A DNA stretch of 64,000 bases, from NCBI GenBank assembly GCA_043797265.1, contig JAZDPV010000012.1, forward strand, positions 13,875-77,874, read 5' to 3'. A program made the translations under genes and the position numbers. This stretch comes from an archaeon (lineage in GTDB: Archaea; Nanobdellota; Nanobdellia; Pacearchaeales; GW2011-AR1). Every line of letters begins with the position of its first letter. Position 1 is the stretch's first letter. The notes under the pieces were generated by a model. The model was not told the origin of the DNA. It worked only from the letters and a program-made list of their open reading frames with translations, and searched no databases. This document shows, one piece after another, positions 62,162 to 64,000 of this stretch.

Positions 62162-64000
62162 TGCTCCCTGTCCAAAACACTCCCCCTCTTGTTAATCCTC
62201 GGCCTCCCACTCTCTTTATCTTTTCTCAAAGTAATATCCAAACTTTTCAACAATTCACCAACCCCATCTTCAAAATTCCTAACCTCACTCGCCTCACAAA
62301 CCCCAACTCTTTTCTTTAATTCGTGTTCATTCGTGTTCATTCGTGAGCCCTTACTTTCTCCGTCCATCCGCGAGCCGACCTCAGAAAAATTAATAATCAA
62401 ATCCGCCAAATACGAAACCAACAACAAATCGTGCTCGACGACAAACGCCGTCTTTCCCCTCTCGACCATCACATCCTTAATCGCCTTCGCAACCAAAATC
62501 CTCTCCTCAACATCCAGATAAGCCGACGGCTCGTCCAAAAAATAAACATCCGCGTCCTTCGCCAAACATCTCGCAACGCTAAATCTCTGCAACTCCCCGC
62601 CAGACAATTCCCTCAATTTCTTCCCAACCAAAACCCCAAGATTAAACACCGACGACAATTTCTTATTTATCTTCTCCCTAAAAACAATATCCCGAACAAA
62701 CTCCTCGCTCTCGCTAAACAAATACTGCGACTTATAAGAAATATCCAAACCTAAATCAAGTCCGTGTTTGTCCGTGTTTGTCCGTGTGCTATTTTTCTTA
62801 CCACCAAGTCGTTCAGATATCTCCACATCACAAGAACAATTTTCATCGAGCTCGCCCACCAGCGCCCGCACAAATGACGTCTTCCCCGTTCCATTCTTTC
62901 CCAAAATCCCAATCACATGATTCTCCCTAATTTCCCCACCCTTCACATTTAACTCAAACCCCGAATCAAATCTCAAATTAAAATCAGGCCACTCCCCGAT
63001 TTTTCCCCCAGACACCGACGCATTTTTCGTAAAATTAAAATTCAATTCCTTATCCCGAATCAATAAATTCTCCTCTTTCAAAAATCCCTTCAGATAAGCA
63101 TTAACACCTTCCCTCGAACTCTTGACCCCACTCACCGTCCCGAAAACTCCCTGCGCCCCATAAAACACATTTAAATAATCCGTCAAATAATCCAGCACCA
63201 ACAAATCATGCTCGACGACAATCACCGTCTTATCTCGACCAATCTCCTTGATAAAATCCGAAACTCTCAATCTCTCTCCAATATCCAAAAACGCCAACGG
63301 CTCGTCGAAAAAATAAATATCAGCGTCGCCCAAACTCGCCGCCAAAATCGCAACTCTCTGCAACTCACCACCGCTAAGCTTGTCCATCCTATTCCCCAAA
63401 ATATTCTCGACATTCAACTTCTTCGCTAATTCCCTAATTTCTTTTTTGTCCCCACGATTCTCCAACAACTCCATCACACCAATGTCCTTCGCCAACACCG
63501 ACAAATTCTGCGGCTTATACGAAACCTTCTTGTCTCCAAGTAAATCAAAATATTTCTGCAACTCACTCCCCTTGAATTTCCCAACATCAATTTCTATATT
63601 TCCAGACAAAATTTTTACAGCAGTCGATTTCCCAATCCCATTCCTCCCGAGCAAACCCAAAACTTTCCCAACCTTAGGAATAGGCAAACCATACAACGCA
63701 AACCCATTCGCCCCATATCGATAAACCAAATCTTCCTCACTCACCGACGGCAAATTCACAATATCAATCGCACCCAACGGACATCGCTTCACACAAATCG
63801 CGCACCCAACACAACTTTTCTCATCAATAACACACTTGCCCGATGAAGGTGGCACCTTGGTGCCCTCTATAGAGGGTATGCCGCGTGCGGCGCTACCAAT
63901 AACGACGCAACTATCAGACTCCTTCTTCTCAACCGGACAATATTTCTTACACTCGCGCCCGCACACCGTCGGCTTACATTTCTCCCGATGAACAATCGCC
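62131..64000 (-). CDS. abce1: ABCE1 (RNase L inhibitor homolog); 5' end lies outside the window
   Basis: An Fe-S domain (CPVE..., CVGCAICVKRCP) and two ABC domains (GLLGRNGIGKST, GILGKNGTGKTS). The frame stays open to base 64000. Confidence 0.92.
   Translation of the reverse strand, partial: AIVHREKCKPTVCGRECKKYCPVEKKESDSCVVIGSAARGIPSIEGTKVPPSSGKCVIDEKSCVGCAICVKRCPLGAIDIVNLPSVSEEDLVYRYGANGFALYGLPIPKVGKVLGLLGRNGIGKSTAVKILSGNIEIDVGKFKGSELQKYFDLLGDKKVSYKPQNLSVLAKDIGVMELLENRGDKKEIRELAKKLNVENILGNRMDKLSGGELQRVAILAASLGDADIYFFDEPLAFLDIGERLRVSDFIKEIGRDKTVIVVEHDLLVLDYLTDYLNVFYGAQGVFGTVSGVKSSREGVNAYLKGFLKEENLLIRDKELNFNFTKNASVSGGKIGEWPDFNLRFDSGFELNVKGGEIRENHVIGILGKNGTGKTSFVRALVGELDENCSCDVEISERLGGKKNSTRTNTDKHGLDLGLDISYKSQYLFSESEEFVRDIVFREKINKKLSSVFNLGVLVGKKLRELSGGELQRFSVARCLAKDADVYFLDEPSAYLDVEERILVAKAIKDVMVERGKTAFVVEHDLLLVSYLADLIINFSEVGSRMDGESKGSRMNTNEHELKKRVGVCEASEVRNFEDGVGELLKSLDITLRKDKESGRPRINKRGSVLDREQKLKNHWAIF
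62321..62377. repeat. decamer array and a degenerate second copy inside ABCE1
   Basis: tcgtgttcat tcgtgttcat tcgtgagccc ... tccatccgcgagccg, read as GSRMDGESKGSRMNTNEHE. Confidence 0.85.
62761..62793. repeat. decamer array ending in GCTATT inside ABCE1
   Basis: tccgtgtttg tccgtgtttg tccgtgtgct att, read as KNSTRTNTDKHG. Confidence 0.9.
63851..63891. repeat. three abutting palindromes inside the ABCE1 Fe-S domain
   Basis: ggcaccttggtgcc, ccctctatagaggg and gccgcgtgcggc, read as GSAARGIPSIEGTKVPP. Confidence 0.85.

Overview
The window is an archaeal chromosomal segment, probably from a small-genome DPANN-like organism. The archaeal call rests on these genes: aIF2-gamma, aIF5B, S6e, an L7Ae-S28e-L24e operon, ABCE1, Kae1, Dph5, a Dph2 remnant and deoxyhypusine synthase. 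Other housekeeping genes are GluRS, ProRS, ArgRS, IleRS, gyrB-gyrA, PEP synthase and CTP synthase. Most genes have a TATA box about 25-30 nt before the ATG, so transcripts look leaderless. Accessory content: a Type IIG restriction-modification enzyme next to a Cas4-like nuclease; a three-gene HerA-like ATPase cassette; a DUF4258/DUF2283 toxin-antitoxin cassette; a nucleotidyltransferase; four-helix-bundle, GxxExxY and NYN-domain genes; a SleB-like hydrolase; a secreted PHP-domain protein; a DisA-like/DHH gene pair; and a 3.4 kb island (3457-6830) carrying bacterial-type csrA and two aberrant tRNA-like elements. Four things stand out. (1) Strand asymmetry is extreme and independent of gene orientation: the + strand is A+C rich and G poor, so + and - strand genes use mirror-image codon sets. 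(2) Short tandem repeats (7, 10, 11, 14 and 16 nt units) and GNA-triloop or palindromic hairpins form a mosaic, always in the same + strand orientation, at gene boundaries and in frame inside essential genes. (3) ileS is frameshifted by three copies of a 16-nt repeat, and one or four copies would restore the frame. (4) A roughly 100-nt multi-hairpin element with a C-rich tail occurs four times, with compensatory stem changes between copies. I saw no rRNA genes, CRISPR arrays or recognisable transposases. All calls come from reading the sequence and from motif memory; no database searches were run.
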